Part shown: positions 1 through 14,029 of the stretch, one piece after another
Layout: every line of letters begins with the position of its first letter
How positions within the stretch are numbered: position 1 is the first letter of the stretch
Origin: Octopus sinensis
Lineage: Eukaryota
Length of the DNA stretch: 64,000 nucleotides
Direction: 5' to 3'
NCBI RefSeq assembly: GCF_006345805.1
Contig: NC_043010.1
Location: 40,114,001-40,178,000, forward strand
Made by a program: the position numbers and the translations under genes
Notes under the pieces: model-generated
What the model was told of the DNA's origin: nothing
Seen by the model: the letters and a program-made list of their open reading frames with translations, nothing else
Database searches by the model: none

Positions 1-530
1 GCTGTTTGGTTATGAATAATTGCTGCCATCTTGAAATTACACCATATAATTGCATAGACCTCAATTATGCATGTGCCACTGGGAGCAATTCCGATGCACT
101 ACTTCAAACAATATGAAAGAGAACGATAATGAAGGGCTAATACTCATCACGCAGCACTGTACAGGAGGAAAGACCCGGATAACATGCAACGCTCTCTAAT
201 AAATAGGATACTTAACTATTAACATACCAAGTTAACGACGGAACGTTGTAATACCGGCTTTAATGTCAGCACCAGTCACACTTGTGTTTCCTGCTATAAA
301 ATGGATCAACACACGACATAACTTACTCCGGAAGGTGAACCCTTGAAGATATAGAAACGATAATCAGCAATTTAGGATGTTTATTGATGCAAAATAACCT
401 GCGTTAAATTTATACACTTCCATACAAAACATTAAGCTGCCGTGTGAACAAGCTAGGTTACACGATTTTGAGTTACAGCATAGATGTAAAATTGATAAAT
501 GACATTTAATTTACACTATGTTTCGATAAT

Positions 531-690
531 GCGGAGGCACATGGCCTAGTGGTTAGAGCAGCGGACTTGCGGTCGAGGGATCGCGGGTTCAAATCTCAGA
601 CCGGGCGATGTGTGTGTTTATGAGCGAAACACCTAAGCTCCACGCGGCTCCGCCAGCAGGTAATGGCGAACTTCGGCTGACTCTTTCACC
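531..690 (+). mobile_element. tRNA-derived SINE family B, 5' part
   Basis: A-box-like TGGCCTAGTGG and B-box-like GGTTCAAATC. The sequence matches the reverse complement of fuller copies at 26251-26615 and 29586-29965. Confidence 0.85.
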
Positions 691-1079
691 GGCTCTTTCT
701 CTATTGGCAAGAAATCTTGAAATAAAACTGAACAAACGTATGTACGTTCATAGACACACACACACACACACACACGCATAATCATTTGATTTAGTGTATA
801 CAACCGATGAGTTTGTGAATCATGAAACTATCTGCGTTGCTCATTTAGATATTAATGGCATGGCAACCAGAAACGAAGAGACTTGTACGTGACAAGTTCT
901 TTATCTCTGAACCCAAAATGTCACGAAACTCAAACTCCAGTGTCTGAAGCAAATACAGGATACATAATGAGATCCTGATTAGATCTGTCAAGAGAAATTC
1001 GCTGTAGGACTACTTGACCATGACTCATTCGGGTTGTGCTTGTACATGGTTAACTTTGGATTAAACAATCAAGAAATAT

Positions 1080-1494
1080 GCGCAGGAATGGCTGTGTGGT
1101 AAGTAGCTTTCTTACCAACCACATGGTTCTGCGTGGCACCTTGGGCAAGTGTCTTCTACATAGCCTCGGGCTGACCAAAGCCTTGTGGGCGGATTTGGTA
1201 GACGGAAACTGGAAGAAGCCCGTCGTATATATATATGTATGTATATATATATGTATGTATGTGTGTACATGCTTGTGTGTCTGTGTTTGTCCCCCCAACA
1301 CCGCTTGACAACCGATGTTGTTTAGGTGTGTTTATGTCCCCGTAATTTAGCGGTGAGGCAAAAGTGACTGATAGAATAAGTACTAGGATAACAAAGAATA
1401 AGTCGTGGGGTCAATTTGCTCGACTAAAGGCGGTGCTCCAGCAGGGCCGCAGTCATATGACTGAAACAAGTAAAAGATTAAAAGAGTAAAAGAG
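1080..1494 (+). mobile_element. SINE family A with internal (TA)n(TG)n tract
   Basis: Head GCGCAGGAATGGCTGTGTGG, body CCTTGGGCAAGTGTCTTCT...GAAAGAAGCCCGTCG, microsatellite, tail CTGAAACAAGTAAAAGAG. About 15 homologous copies occur in the window. Confidence 0.9.
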
Positions 1495-1780
1495 TATATC
1501 TATATGCTAGTTATAGTAATCAGATTGCTTTAAATTCCTCCTACCATATCAAAGAGAAGGGACATGTTGGATAAATGCAGCCATAGCTACATAAGGAAAT
1601 GGGATGTTCACTTTTGGAATGTCTTTGATTATCGGTTTGCTCCATCAATGCTTCCGTGGAAATGAAAGAAAACAATTACAAGATATTAATACCCTGCATT
1701 ACTCTTTTTTACTCTTTTACAATTTTACTTGTGATGGTGTACTATCTCCCTCACTCACTCTCACTCTTTTCATATATATT

Positions 1781-1828
<48 letters not shown>

Positions 1829-2149
1829 TATGTATGTATGTATGTATGTATGTATGTATGTATGTATGTATGAATATGTGCATGACAGCCAACCTATCCA
1901 GCAGTGGAGTTGTCACTACTGACGAGCTTTATTATTAATCGAAAATGGACTAGTATAATGATCTCGCTTGCTGTGGAGAGAGTTGTCTCCGCTATCAATG
2001 TATGGATTGTGGCTCCTTGCGGCTCAAAGGGATATTATCTTTTATCATTAGCAATACAGGTACTACCCTCTACCGCCAGTCATATTTAGAGACATTTGAA
2101 CTCTTTGGGACTCTTTGGTTTGATATTGGCATAGCTGCCTTCGTTATTT

Positions 2150-2231
<82 letters not shown>

Positions 2232-2246
2232 AAGAAAGAAAGAAAA

Positions 2247-2395
2247 GCGTAGGAGTGGATGTGTGGTGCATGTTGCTCTCCAGCCACCTGGTTCTGGGTT
2301 CAGTCCCATTCCTTGCACCTTGGGCAAGTGTCTTCTGCTATAGCCTCGGTCCGTGTGAGTGGATTTGGTAGACGGAAACTGAAAGAAGCCCGTCG

Positions 2396-2430
<35 letters not shown>

Positions 2431-2710
2431 TTATATATATATTTAAATATATATATATATATATATATATGCATATAGATAGTGTGTGTGTATTTGTGTG
2501 TGTTTGTCCTTCCCATTACCACTTGAAAACCGGTGTTGGTGTGTTTAGATCAACGTAACATAACGGTTCGGCAAATTAGACCGATAGATTCAGTACCAGG
2601 CTTAAAAAATAAGTATTGCGGTCGATTCATTAGACTAAAATTTAAAGCAGGTACCCCAACATGGTGGCAGTCCAATAACTGCAACGAGTAAATGAAAAAA
2701 GATAAAAAAA
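2247..2710 (+). mobile_element. SINE family A
   Basis: Same head, body, microsatellite and tail as 1080-1494. Confidence 0.85.
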
Positions 2711-2951
2711 CAGATATATACATATATATATATATATATATACACACACATATGTATACTGATTATACATCTTTAATGTAAAAAAATGGCCTTGTACTCT
2801 ACCGTCGGTATTCTAGTGATATTTTTCCACCTTGTCTGGTATTTATGTGTGCGTGTACATATATATATATATATTTGAATACCGAGGGTAGAGTAAAGTC
2901 TCTATTTATAACTATACCTATATATATGTATGTATATATGTATATTACATA

Positions 2952-2982
<31 letters not shown>

Positions 2983-2992
2983 TTATATCGAC

Positions 2993-3180
2993 ATGATAGA
3001 TCGGTAGCCACTTCACTCATTTTTTTCTCTCCTTGTTTCTTTTTTCTGTGTCCCTTTCTGTTGAAGAGCCTAGGTTCGAAACGTAAAAGACTTTTTCTAT
3101 TTCTGAGCGTTATACTAATACATCTGTTTGTTTTATACACCACCTGTCTTCGTCTTTTGTTTTTTCATGAACTCTCCCTA
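2993..3180 (+). mobile_element. Dispersed ~190-bp repeat with hammerhead-like motif (probable Penelope pLTR-derived), copy 1
   Basis: Homologous to 21488-21675 (+) and 35091-35260 (-). Contains CTTT-CTGTTGAA-GAGC..GTTC-GAAACGTA-AAAG at 3054-3089 and is flanked by (TA)n. Confidence 0.7.
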
Positions 3181-3460
3181 TAAATATATATATATATATA
3201 CGTGAAAAATACATAGCATATATATATATATATATATGCTATGTATTTTGTAGACATATACGATGTATCTGTGTTCCTATGTGTCTATATACACATATAT
3301 TTAAATATGTTTGTGTGTGTGTGTCTGAGTGTGTGCATATACACGCACGTGTATGTTTCTATTTGTACGCATACATTTCTGTATATTGGTTCTCATATTA
3401 TACACTTACATATTCTTATACAAAAGAGGAAAGCTATTGATTTATGTACATATATTTATG

Positions 3461-3497
<37 letters not shown>

Positions 3498-4011
3498 GTA
3501 ATCAATTCATATACTTAAGGCTGTTGATTTTAGTCTTAGATTACTTAAGAAACATTGTGATTGAAAAAAGAAAACCAAACTTATATTGTTTTAGGCTACT
3601 TTACAAATAGGAGATGAAAATATGAATAAGCTCACAGAAATATAACGTATAACATCTTAAACCTTCCTTTCCATCACCTTTTCAATAACCGTAGACCTTC
3701 CGACGTAGACTCATACGTACACATACATTGTATCGTCACAGAGTTTCTAACTTCGTTGATAGAATTACAAAGGTTTCGTTAATCGAATTATATTCAATAG
3801 TCTGGGAATTGTCTCAGTAATCAAAACAATTTACAAACACCTGCTCTTAAGTCTTGAACGAATGTGTATTAAGTGATTTGATGAAATAGCTTATGAGAAT
3901 TTTTGATGAGACCACCTTATGCCAGAAAGGAGGCATTCTCACTTTAGAAGTGTACAGTTATATGCCTCTATGTATATAGGTGTAAGACAGAGAGAGAGAA
4001 AGTACGTTTGT

Positions 4012-4085
<74 letters not shown>

Positions 4086-4271
4086 GTGTGTGTGTTTGTA
4101 TGTGTGTGTGTGTTTGAACACTTACAGTTATTACCTATTTGGTGGTAACAACACCTCGCTAATCAATAAACTAATCTTGTCAATGTAATATAACTGTCTC
4201 GAACGTTGCTTTACATACAACAAGAACAACAATAATAAAAATAATAATAATAATGATGATGATGATGATGA

Positions 4272-5193
4272 TATTATTTATTTGCCACAAGTGCGAAGGA
4301 TGATGAGGGCAATAAAAAAAAGACAGATATAAAGCTTGAGGGTTTACATATAATGCATTGATTTAAAAAGGGTAGAAAGAAATTGAGTATACACAGCATA
4401 CACTGATAAACAAAGGACATATGGATAGCAAATCAAGGTTTAAAAAACAATGGCGGCGAGGATGATAGAGTTGAGACCCTCCTTATACAGGAAGGCCTGT
4501 AGGGATAAACGAGGAACCCCACTGTCCAAGATTTTCCTGAAACCTCAAGAACAAGTGCCTTCTCCATTTCCTTCTCTCCGACTCACAGGTCTGCTCATAG
4601 AGAGGCACCATCCAATCTTACCATTTTCGTAACTTTCTCCCATATTTCAATAAACTCATTCGAGGACAGCACTTCCCTCTCCACCCTCAATGTCCCTTTC
4701 AAGTAAAACTTAAAGAAGAAAACAATGAGACCTCTATCAAAGAGGAATTTATCTGTCCTCATCCCTTTCAGCATTATCCACCAAACGAACGTCTTTCGCC
4801 ACAGCCACTAGGCAAAGGGAGACTGACTTGCCTGCCCCAATGAATGAGGACGGTGGGGCAATGGTCACTACAGAATCAGCATATAAACGAATCTTTCCCA
4901 AACGTAACAGCAGCTATTCAACATAACCCCATAAGTCAGCAATTTCCGAACACTGAACGATAGCGCGCAGAACGGTTTCGTCACTCAGTGCGCTCCTCGA
5001 ACAAGCCCGTCTGACATCCGTGCCTGTAGAGTTTATCTCTTACCAGTAGCGCCCCCCTCCCCACCAGGTAACACTGCCAGACCAAGGACGTTCGGAAATT
5101 ATCTATGATAGTTCCCGACCGGAAAGTTCTCCGAAACGGACTAGCTAGTTTGTTCTCGTGAGTGTCCAGTGAACATCGTTGCTCTTCGCCACT
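4272..5193 (-). mobile_element. Tx1/L1-clade LINE, decayed ORF2 3' end
   Basis: The minus strand translates, with stops and frameshifts, to CSRSALSDETVLRAIVQCSEIADLWGYVE (zf-RVT-like) and FFFKFYLKGTLRVEREVLSSNEFIEIWEKVTKMVRL, typical of the Tx1 ORF2 C-terminus. Confidence 0.75.
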
Positions 5194-5238
5194 AATCCTC
5201 TATAAATTTCTCTATAAATCTTCTATTTTATAGTGGAA

Positions 5239-5272
<34 letters not shown>

Positions 5273-5298
5273 TAATAATAATAATAATAATATAATAA

Positions 5299-5500
5299 AT
5301 TTTGGCACAAGGCTAGCAAGTTTAAGAGGGACTAAATCGATTACATCAACCCGAATACTCAACTAGTACATATTTTATCGACCCCGTAAATATGAAAACT
5401 GAAGTCGACATCGGCAGGATTTGAACTCAGAACGTAAAGATGAACGAAATGCTGCTAAGCATTTTGCTCAGCGTGCGAACGCTTCTGCCAGCTAACCGCC
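5299..5500 (-). mobile_element. SINE family C (CORE-like; possibly related to octopus OR-type SINEs)
   Basis: Reverse complement matches the full-length copy at 39210-39440 (CTGGCAGAA...GAGTTCAAATCC...GTCGAC...GGGGTCGATAAA...GTAC). Confidence 0.8.
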
Positions 5501-5639
5501 TTAATAATGATTGGAATTTTGGCACAAGGCCAACAAATTTGGGGGATGAGATAAAATCGACCCCAGCTTTGACCCCAGCATTCAGCTACTATTTATTTTA
5601 TCGGACACATAAAGACTAACCACTCTATTCACACAAGAA

Positions 5640-6010
5640 TGAAGACTGCACATGATCATAGAGGACGTAATAGATAGTTTAAGTTCATAGATTTTGCAAT
5701 TTTCAATTATAGAAGAGTCGATAGCAATGAAATTGGGAACATTTAGAAATATCAGAACCTATCCAGATATTAGAAGAGACTGTGAAAATCCAAGACAACA
5801 ATTATTCTTGTACTAGTATGTGCACTTGGCACAACATCCAAAATGCTACCAAAGAGACTGTAACAGATTGGAATTGAAACTAATATTGTCGAGCATCATA
5901 AAAGTACCATACTATATTCTGGAAGAATCCCAAGGAAGATTCTTGTGTTTTGAGGAGACTTGTTGTCGCCGAATATTGACAAGATAAGAATTGTCACCAA
6001 ATAATAATAT
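5640..6010 (+). mobile_element. R4/Dong-clade LINE, decayed RLE-domain 3' end
   Basis: Frameshifted translation KYQNLS..KRL.KSK / TIILVLVCALGTTSKMLPKRL / IGIETNIVEHHKSTILYSGRIPRKILVF*, followed by an AAT-rich tail. Confidence 0.7.
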
Positions 6011-7831
6011 TGATAAGCGTAGTAGCATCCATAACAGTTGTTACAACAACAACAGCACTAGTAGTGATAATAACAATACTGGTATTACTTTTCCTTTCTT
6101 CGCCACAAGGCTACAATGAATGGTAAATGGTAAAGTGAGATTAGATCGACCGCAGTGTTTGGTAAATCTTTACTCGACTCAATAATTAAAAGGCAAAGTT
6201 AAATACAAGCGTACTTGAACTCTCAACAAAAATAGTTGCCTCTATATACTTTCATGGTAAACATTAGTTCAAACCACAAATATCTGTGGCATGCCAGTCA
6301 TATTTATGACTTGCCTAATAAAAGTACATACCAACACTCTTTAATGACATACGTTTAGGAGAGAAAGAACAAATGTTCCAGTCTGATCAGATAAAGATTC
6401 AATCATTCATGATGCTTAGACGTAATTTATAACGGCTGTGATCTATGTTTTTGCTAACCACCGCCGTTCTGTCTCTCAAAGTTAGCTTTTTATCTGTCTA
6501 TTTCTGAATAAAACTTCTGAAAGTGGCGAAATGTCGTCCCAATTTTTATCCAAAAGGCTTATTTTTATCTTCGCACACCCTCCAGTCGTGTCCGTCGAAC
6601 ATCTGTTGCATTTACGTGTCTTGACGTTCTAATGTAAAAAATTTGTTGAGCGTCCTGATAAGGTTAGTTATGCTGAGTATACACTTTTGACTTGTGTAAC
6701 CTAACAACACGGGAAGTAGACACCCTCCACTATTCCTCTCTGCTAACTTAGCATCCTCTGTAGATACAATCTGAATGACATAATGATGAATGTCTAAGTC
6801 CACGTTGGAACAAACTGGAAATATATCGTAATTGTTAGAAACCTGCTACTACCTGAGCAAATCTGTGAATCTTTTACACTGGTTTCTCATCGATTTCTCA
6901 CACACAATCGCAACATATGCATCTAGCAATGGTTTTATTCATGAATTCATGATATTCCTGTGGTTGCTTTTGTATACTCATGTTGATGCTTTTGTTGGTA
7001 TTGCTACAAGATTAGCATTTTGGTTATGTTGTTTAGCTTGCAGTTGTCGCTGTTATCATTATTCTGACTAGATGTTGTTATCTTTTTTTCTTTTTGCTTT
7101 TTTTTTTCCTGTTTTTATTTGCATCCACGCTGTGTGGCTTACACTTTCATAAAATATAAACACAAAGCTATGTGCAGCTTTTTCACATTCTCCTCAATGT
7201 TTTCATCATAATTAATGAACAAATGATTTAGTTTAATTGGTCTTTGCAAAATCGCTTAGCAAAATCATTCCAAAATAGCTTAGGCATGACTCGTTTCTCT
7301 AAGACAAAATTATATTTAACAATATATATTTTAAGGGGCTCACATTTTATTATCTTCACAATACTACCAGATGCATCTTTTTTGTTCTCTCTTTGCATCT
7401 CTAGTTAGTTTGTTAAATCCCTTCATTCTTTATGAGAAAATAAATTCTTCTCTTCTATCAACAGTCAATTCCAAGATGTCAACTTTTCTAAGCTCACAAA
7501 TTCCCAGTTTCCTGTAAACATAACAAATTCCTTTCCTTCGCCAAAACAAATCTTTAAATGTTTTGAAGTATTCCTTGATACGGGTAGAACTTATTTAAAT
7601 ATTGCATTTAAGCAGATCGTAGTGACATTTCCAAGTGATATGATTCAAATGGATGTCATTTTAGATATTCAATGAGCACCAGTAATCTTCTTAGAGTCAT
7701 GTCAGTCCGATGCCTAATAAATTATATTCTATGAAAGGATTCTTGCATTTGGTATGCCATGAAAGTTACTCTTACGCTCTGGTGCATCTCCGGCAGAAGA
7801 AACGTTAAAAGACGACACATGTCAACTGATT

Positions 7832-8380
7832 TTACTTAAAACTTCGTTCGATTTCATCAAGATTTGGAGGAGAACCAGGGCCATTTATTAACGGAATAAT
7901 GGTTTTGGATGAAAGATGTTTTGACATGCTCATTGCAGAAGTTGCACGCAACACGGCAAATACAGTATGTGTATCAATCCATTAACGGTTACCTTGTAAC
8001 CGAAAGGTTTCCTTGATCTTCCAATAAATAATCTTGTGTAACGGTTCACTACAACTTCAAAACTTACTGTTTCCACGTGATAGAAAAATATTGCCTGTAA
8101 TTCATAGTTCATGAAACATGACCAGTAACTTGGAGTCTTCCTCTGTCATTGGCTGCTTTAAATTCGAGACAAAGGTTTCTTAAAAGTCAACAAAAATCTT
8201 TACATATATTCTCAACCATTTACCAATAGTATCATCCCAAAATTTAGCACTCGCTGTAACGACTTGAAATTTCCAAGCAATAATTTTAGCCGCTTCGCCA
8301 CCTACACCTGCTGCCTCAGTAGTTAATGCATCATTACCAATTACGGTGTACTCTGAGCAATGTATATAGCCTACAATTGA
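7832..8380 (-). pseudogene. Unidentified decayed reading frame
   Basis: One frame stays protein-like for about 180 codons with four internal stops (GNDALTTEAAGVGGEAAKII...WIDTHTVFAVLRATSAMS...GPGSPPNLDEIERSFK*). Family not recognised. Confidence 0.4.
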
Positions 8381-11305
8381 GCCCTTTCTACATATTCAGT
8401 CATCAAAATATATGTTGCTACATCACAAAATGTAAATTGATCGAAGAAAACGTATTGTTTGATTTGAATGTCACCTTTCATTGTTCCACTACTTTACTAC
8501 AGGAACAAGTCTCACTGCACTTTGTACAGCATCATTTTTTTATCTCTACATTCTTCAAAATTGGTGGAAACAATGCGCATGTCTACTTCCTGAAAACTTA
8601 AGGAGACTGACATTTAGGCTTTGTCTTAAATAAACCTTAGATGTGTGCCTATTACTTTTTGAGTTGTAATAAGATTATTGTCCGTATTTAGTAAACTATT
8701 ATATTCTTTATTTATTCTCCTGAATTAGCAATTTTAGCAAGGCTTCTAGAATTGCTGTTTTGAGAATGTCGTTTTCATAGAATATCGAATGTGCCTCTCT
8801 GAAGTTACTAGAATGCTAGAAATTCCAGCCAAATATCCTTCATACGACTTATCTTAGAAAAGGGACATAATATGGATTTTAACCCTGTTTGAAAAAGATC
8901 AGATAGTCATGGATAGAGCACTTTAATACTAACTGCACCCAATCAGAATTTCCATGGGACTAAAAATCAACTTCAACAGATTTATTTGATTCACTGATAC
9001 CAACGTGATTTTATGCCGAAAATATCTTTCTAAAGATGTATTATATTAGCGATCAGTATTTATTAAGTAACTGATATTTAATTCATAATCCAAGGAAGAC
9101 TAAACAACACAATCGGATTCAAAATCATTCGAGCACCAAAACCTAAAATGCTGCAACTAAAAACCGCAATACTGTTCGGCCGAATCTCTATGTATTCCCT
9201 TGTTCACAACAGATATGGTATCGATTTTAATAATGATTTCTAATCTATGCACGGAGTCACATATTCTGGGTGGACGGAAGCGTTGATTAATTAGACAACA
9301 ATGTTTCACTGATACATGATTTTATTGATTATAGCATAATGAATGCCAATGACTGGCTTCGTTGAACTGAAATAGCGTACGTAAAACTTTGTAGTCTTAA
9401 TTCCTTGTGTTACTCGCTGGGTCTGGGCAAAGAGGCAGTGACCTTGACCTACGCAGGTTATCCTGTACCGGTGAGATTAATCTTTCTCTTGAACCTATGT
9501 AATCAGGAATGCAGAGTTCGAGTAAGAGGAGACTAAGTTTAGTGATAAGCATTGCGCCTGGGCAGTGGATGGAACAAGAGATAGGAAAAGAAGCAAAACA
9601 CGTGGCCCTATCGGAAATTGAGCGAGGGTGGGTCACCTCTAGCCTGCTCCGAGAGAAGAGTTCATTATAGAGTTCATTTCCAGTAGTAAAGTAGAGAGAA
9701 AAGTGTGTGCGATTGTAGTCAGAGGTTGGTATTTCTTGGTATGTGTGTTAATGTCAATCAGTAGACCGGTCCTTTTCCGGGGGCTGAGATATCTCTATTT
9801 ACTGTAGAAGTACCGTCCCAGATTTGAGGTAATAATGTAGTTTGCACTTCATCTGAGCTCTTGTAGAATACCAGTATTAGGGAATGGAAGTGTTTTCTGG
9901 CCTTATGGAACAGGTAAGTTTTTGTGATGCTGTTTAATCTTAACATATTTACATTGGAATATGCTATGTTAAGTAAATATGACAATCACTTGGCCCGAAA
10001 ATCGCTCTACTGTTTCTGACTTTCGTGTTCGGAGAGTAATCAATCTTTTATTATTTAGCACAGCGAGAAAAATTTGGTAAATTCTGGTGGAACCAAAGGT
10101 GAAAATTTTTTTTAGACAATGGAATGTGAAGACGATGGTGTTAGAGTTGTAAAATACTTAGAGCCCTGGAAATGATATGGGGTAATCAGTTACTGTCTTT
10201 TAATTTTATTTCCCACTAAGGTTATCATTACTTTCCACCATTTTCAGTGTCTAGAAAATAAATGAATGTAGAAAATTAGAAAAATAGATGCTGCAGAACA
10301 GTTCAAGAGGCCGTTAAGTAACGACCAGTTGCCGAACAACGTAAACTTAAAGGAGAAGAGCAATTAGCAGAAGTACAACTTGACAATATGTTGCTCCCCC
10401 ATCTCACCAGCAAAATATAAATTTCGATGTACTGAAGCGGTGCTGAACATTGCTGTAATGCAACTGATGTGTCGCATAGCCTATTCTACCTTGCCTGTCT
10501 CCTGTATACATTGCAATTTAAAATATAATATGCAATTTTAAGTATGCACAAATGAGGTGGTGATGGAGGGGATGATTGAAAAGATATGTTTTGTCATATA
10601 AAAATTACAAAATAAATCTTTAAAATTTTTAAATATCAACTGAAAAATATTTAAAAAAGAAACAAAACATAAACGTATTAGCTCATTGGATTATCAGCCG
10701 CTGATAGGTCTATTAAGTATTTCATCTAATGGAATATTATTCTAATATCTAGCAAATGTGCATCTGTAATGCAATTCTTTTAGTAAATGTACATCTGTCT
10801 GTTCACAGTGCTCTGTGCATTCCATTTAATTAATATTCATGTTTTTATAAATTGAAATGCATTTAAATGGACTTGAATATGTATGTGTGCGTTAAATCGT
10901 TTCTAATGAAATTTTCGTCTGCTCATTTTTCTTAATTTAATTTTTTTTTTTTTTACCGGGTACTATCAAAATGGCCAACTCAGTGGTGTAGTGCTATATA
11001 AGCAAATAAGATGTTAACAGTTCATTTCTTGTAGACTGTTTGGCTTCTAAAATTTCTCTCACAAATCGAAAATTTATATGTGTTATATATTCATAAATTC
11101 ATGAAAGCTAAGCTCAGTGAAATACACACTGATGACATTGTGTATTTATACTATCGGTTTCAGAAAGGTGATGACGAAATCGTTCTTTGCAAGATTTGAA
11201 CTCCGAACTGACAAGTGATATGTTTAACGTCTGCTCTTCTACTGATTCTGTCACACACTTCCCAAAGCGTGTAAAAGATTCGAGTAGTTGACATTTAAAT
11301 CGTAA

Positions 11306-11369
<64 letters not shown>

Positions 11370-11488
11370 CTGGATAGATAGATAACTGGATAGATAGATA
11401 GATTGACGGGTGGATGGATTGATGGAAGGACAGGCAGAGAGGCAGACAGTTTGATATATATATATATATATATATAATATATATATAT

Positions 11489-11561
<73 letters not shown>

Positions 11562-11689
11562 CATAAATCTATTTCGTGAGTTAAGGTACATTATGGTTGC
11601 TGATTTTGTTATCAGTACTCGACTGGTGTTTATATAATTTATAAGCCCCAGAATAATGAATATTTACCAAATTCTGTCCCTTTCCTAAG

Positions 11690-12170
11690 AGGCTAAGATG
11701 TGAATTTGAAGGTTATTCTGGTGATGTAACAGAGTTCCATTTGGTATTCCATGAAACCTACAGGTCCAAATATAACGTTGTCGAACTCGGCTAGGCCTAG
11801 ACTTGGCGCTTAAAGGAAAATAAATTAATATAAGTTGTCCTGCGTTCAAACGCTCCTGTGACCGTCTGAGTTTAGATATTGCTGCGAATTCCATTCATCT
11901 CTATTTCGTCCGTCGTCTCCTTTACCCGTTCCAAATTCACACCTCGGAATGTGTGAACTGCAACTATAAATCGTTGTTTTCAAGAAACTATTTCATTCTG
12001 ATCTGTTTAATTTGCTATCCAACACATCAGGTGTTTTAATGATCTCCTCCCCGTTGCAAGTATACGGACCACATTTTCAGCAGCTTCCTTGTGTCATATG
12101 TCCAGCAATATCCTTCTACCAAATTTGGAGTTCTTGGTAAGCTCCTGAACACTGCCTCTTCTAACAGAGA
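11690..12170 (-). mobile_element. Possible hAT transposase remnant
   Basis: Fragments KLRRSQERL and LYLDL*VSWNTKWNSV resemble the hAT L..DV.TRWNS motif. Heavily decayed. Confidence 0.3.
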
Positions 12171-13523
12171 CAAATATAACATTGAAAACAGTTAAATTCA
12201 TAGTGTAAGCTATTATAAAATAGAAATGCTTAACTGTAATATGCAAGAGTCACTAGTATGATCAGTAGAACTACATACATGGCGCCAGAGAACTACAATC
12301 AGTCGGAGACAGCTGAATATCTACAGTTTATACTATATCATCACATCTCTTACACCTTCGAGGACCAATAAATTTAACTTGCAATTGAAATAATATTAGT
12401 GTTTGAACTAATTTTATATACTCATTACTGTATGAGTATTATTAATTAATTACATTTTTTTCTCTTCACTAAATTAATTGTTATGGCACAGTGTACAGAT
12501 TGTCCTTGAAGAACTTCCTTAAGTTAATTAATACAGAATGGCTTATTCTAAATGTATCTATGTAGTCATTTCATTGTGGAACATTAACAACCACAATAGA
12601 CTATCTCTATACTTCTAACGCTGCTGAAAATCTAAAAACAACTACCAAGGGGGTGAAAATCCAGTAATTGCAACCACTCGTAATTTGATTGTATCTTGTC
12701 GTTAAGACCAATCAGCGAAAGCAAAAGACATGCTTTTATCTTGGAACTCCTCAGAGATACACATTCATCTGCTTCCCTTTTATAAGGATATTATTATTGG
12801 ATTTATCTCGCTTCCGTGCCGTTGTAATAGATTCAGCTGTCCTAAAGGGAGATTTTCCTTGGTAATTACATGAATGAACATGGTTGAGAGAAAATTTTCC
12901 GTTCACAATATATAATCAATCTCTTCAAAGTATATACTTGGTAATTATATCGGTGATTTTTAAAACAACTGTCAAGGGAGAAAACTGTAATAATTAGAGC
13001 CAATTATATTTAGTAGTGATTTATAGTGATTCAAGATCCATTTTGAAACCAGTGAAATAAGTTTGATACAGAAATTTTCAGAAGTACTTACACACTGGCA
13101 AGTTCCTACTACACCAAGTCCCTAAACCGAAAATATCGATTTTTTAGATTATTTGCTTGATTGATTAACTACAATTTAGACGTTGTGAACGGAACTATTT
13201 CTGAATGTGTTTTGTTACTCTAAGATAACCATGACTATGAAAATCACTGGATCGATTCGACGACAGCCGTGGCATTGTTAGGATGTAACCAAAGTTTCTC
13301 TCCGAACAATACAAAATGTATCGAGTTAATTTAAGATAGCTTCGCTACACAAAACGATATCGTTGACCTTTATTGCCAAATCCGTTGGTTACAAGAAGAA
13401 AAAAATTATAAAAAACAATGCAAAAAATCCCTTTACAGACACATGTCTTTAAGCTACATTTATCATGTTTGAGATACATATTAAGAATTCTTTCGAATAA
13501 ACTATTCACACACACACACACAT

Positions 13524-13910
13524 AGTGGCTGTGTGGTAAGAAGCTTGCTTACCAACCACATGGTTCCGGGTTTAGTCCTACTGCGTGGCACCTTGGTCAA
13601 GCGTCTTCTACTATAGCCTCGGGCCGACCAAAGCCTTGTGAGGAGATTTGGTAGGCGGAAACTGAAAGAAGCCCGTCGTATATATATATATATATATATT
13701 TATGTGTGTGTGTGTCTGTGTTTGTCCCTGCAGCATCGGTTGTCAAGCGATGCTGGTGTGTTTACGTCCCCGCAACCTAGCGGTTTGACAAGAGAGACTG
13801 ATAGAATAAGTACTAGGCTTACAAAGAATAAGTCCTGGGGTCGATTTGCTCGATTAAAAGCGGTGCTCCAGCATGGCCGCGGTCAAATGACTGAAACAAG
13901 TAAAAAAAAA
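13524..13910 (+). mobile_element. SINE family A
   Basis: Full homology to family A. Confidence 0.9.
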
Positions 13911-14029
13911 CAAATATATATATACATATATCTACATACATGTGCTTGTGTATAATATTTATTTGCATGCGTGTAAATATAAACATACACGAACACGCCC
14001 AAGTAAACGGCTTTCGTTGTGTATATATG

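Noticed and set aside
1-420. Possible Penelope 3' end with a hammerhead remnant (...GAAGATATAGAAACG)
   Set aside because: No convincing stems or core, and the translation is only vaguely GIY-YIG-like.
531-605. tRNA gene
   Set aside because: This is the tRNA-like head of SINE B; it continues into SINE body and has no acceptor-stem closure.
9390-10060. GC-richer block with + strand splice motifs (GAG|GTAATA, CAG|GTAAGT)
   Set aside because: No consistent frame or recognisable family, and the implied 38-nt intron is too short.
12260-12720. Promoter-like motifs (two GAACTACA, ATGGCG, CCAAT)
   Set aside because: Short motifs expected by chance, with no adjacent supported first exon.
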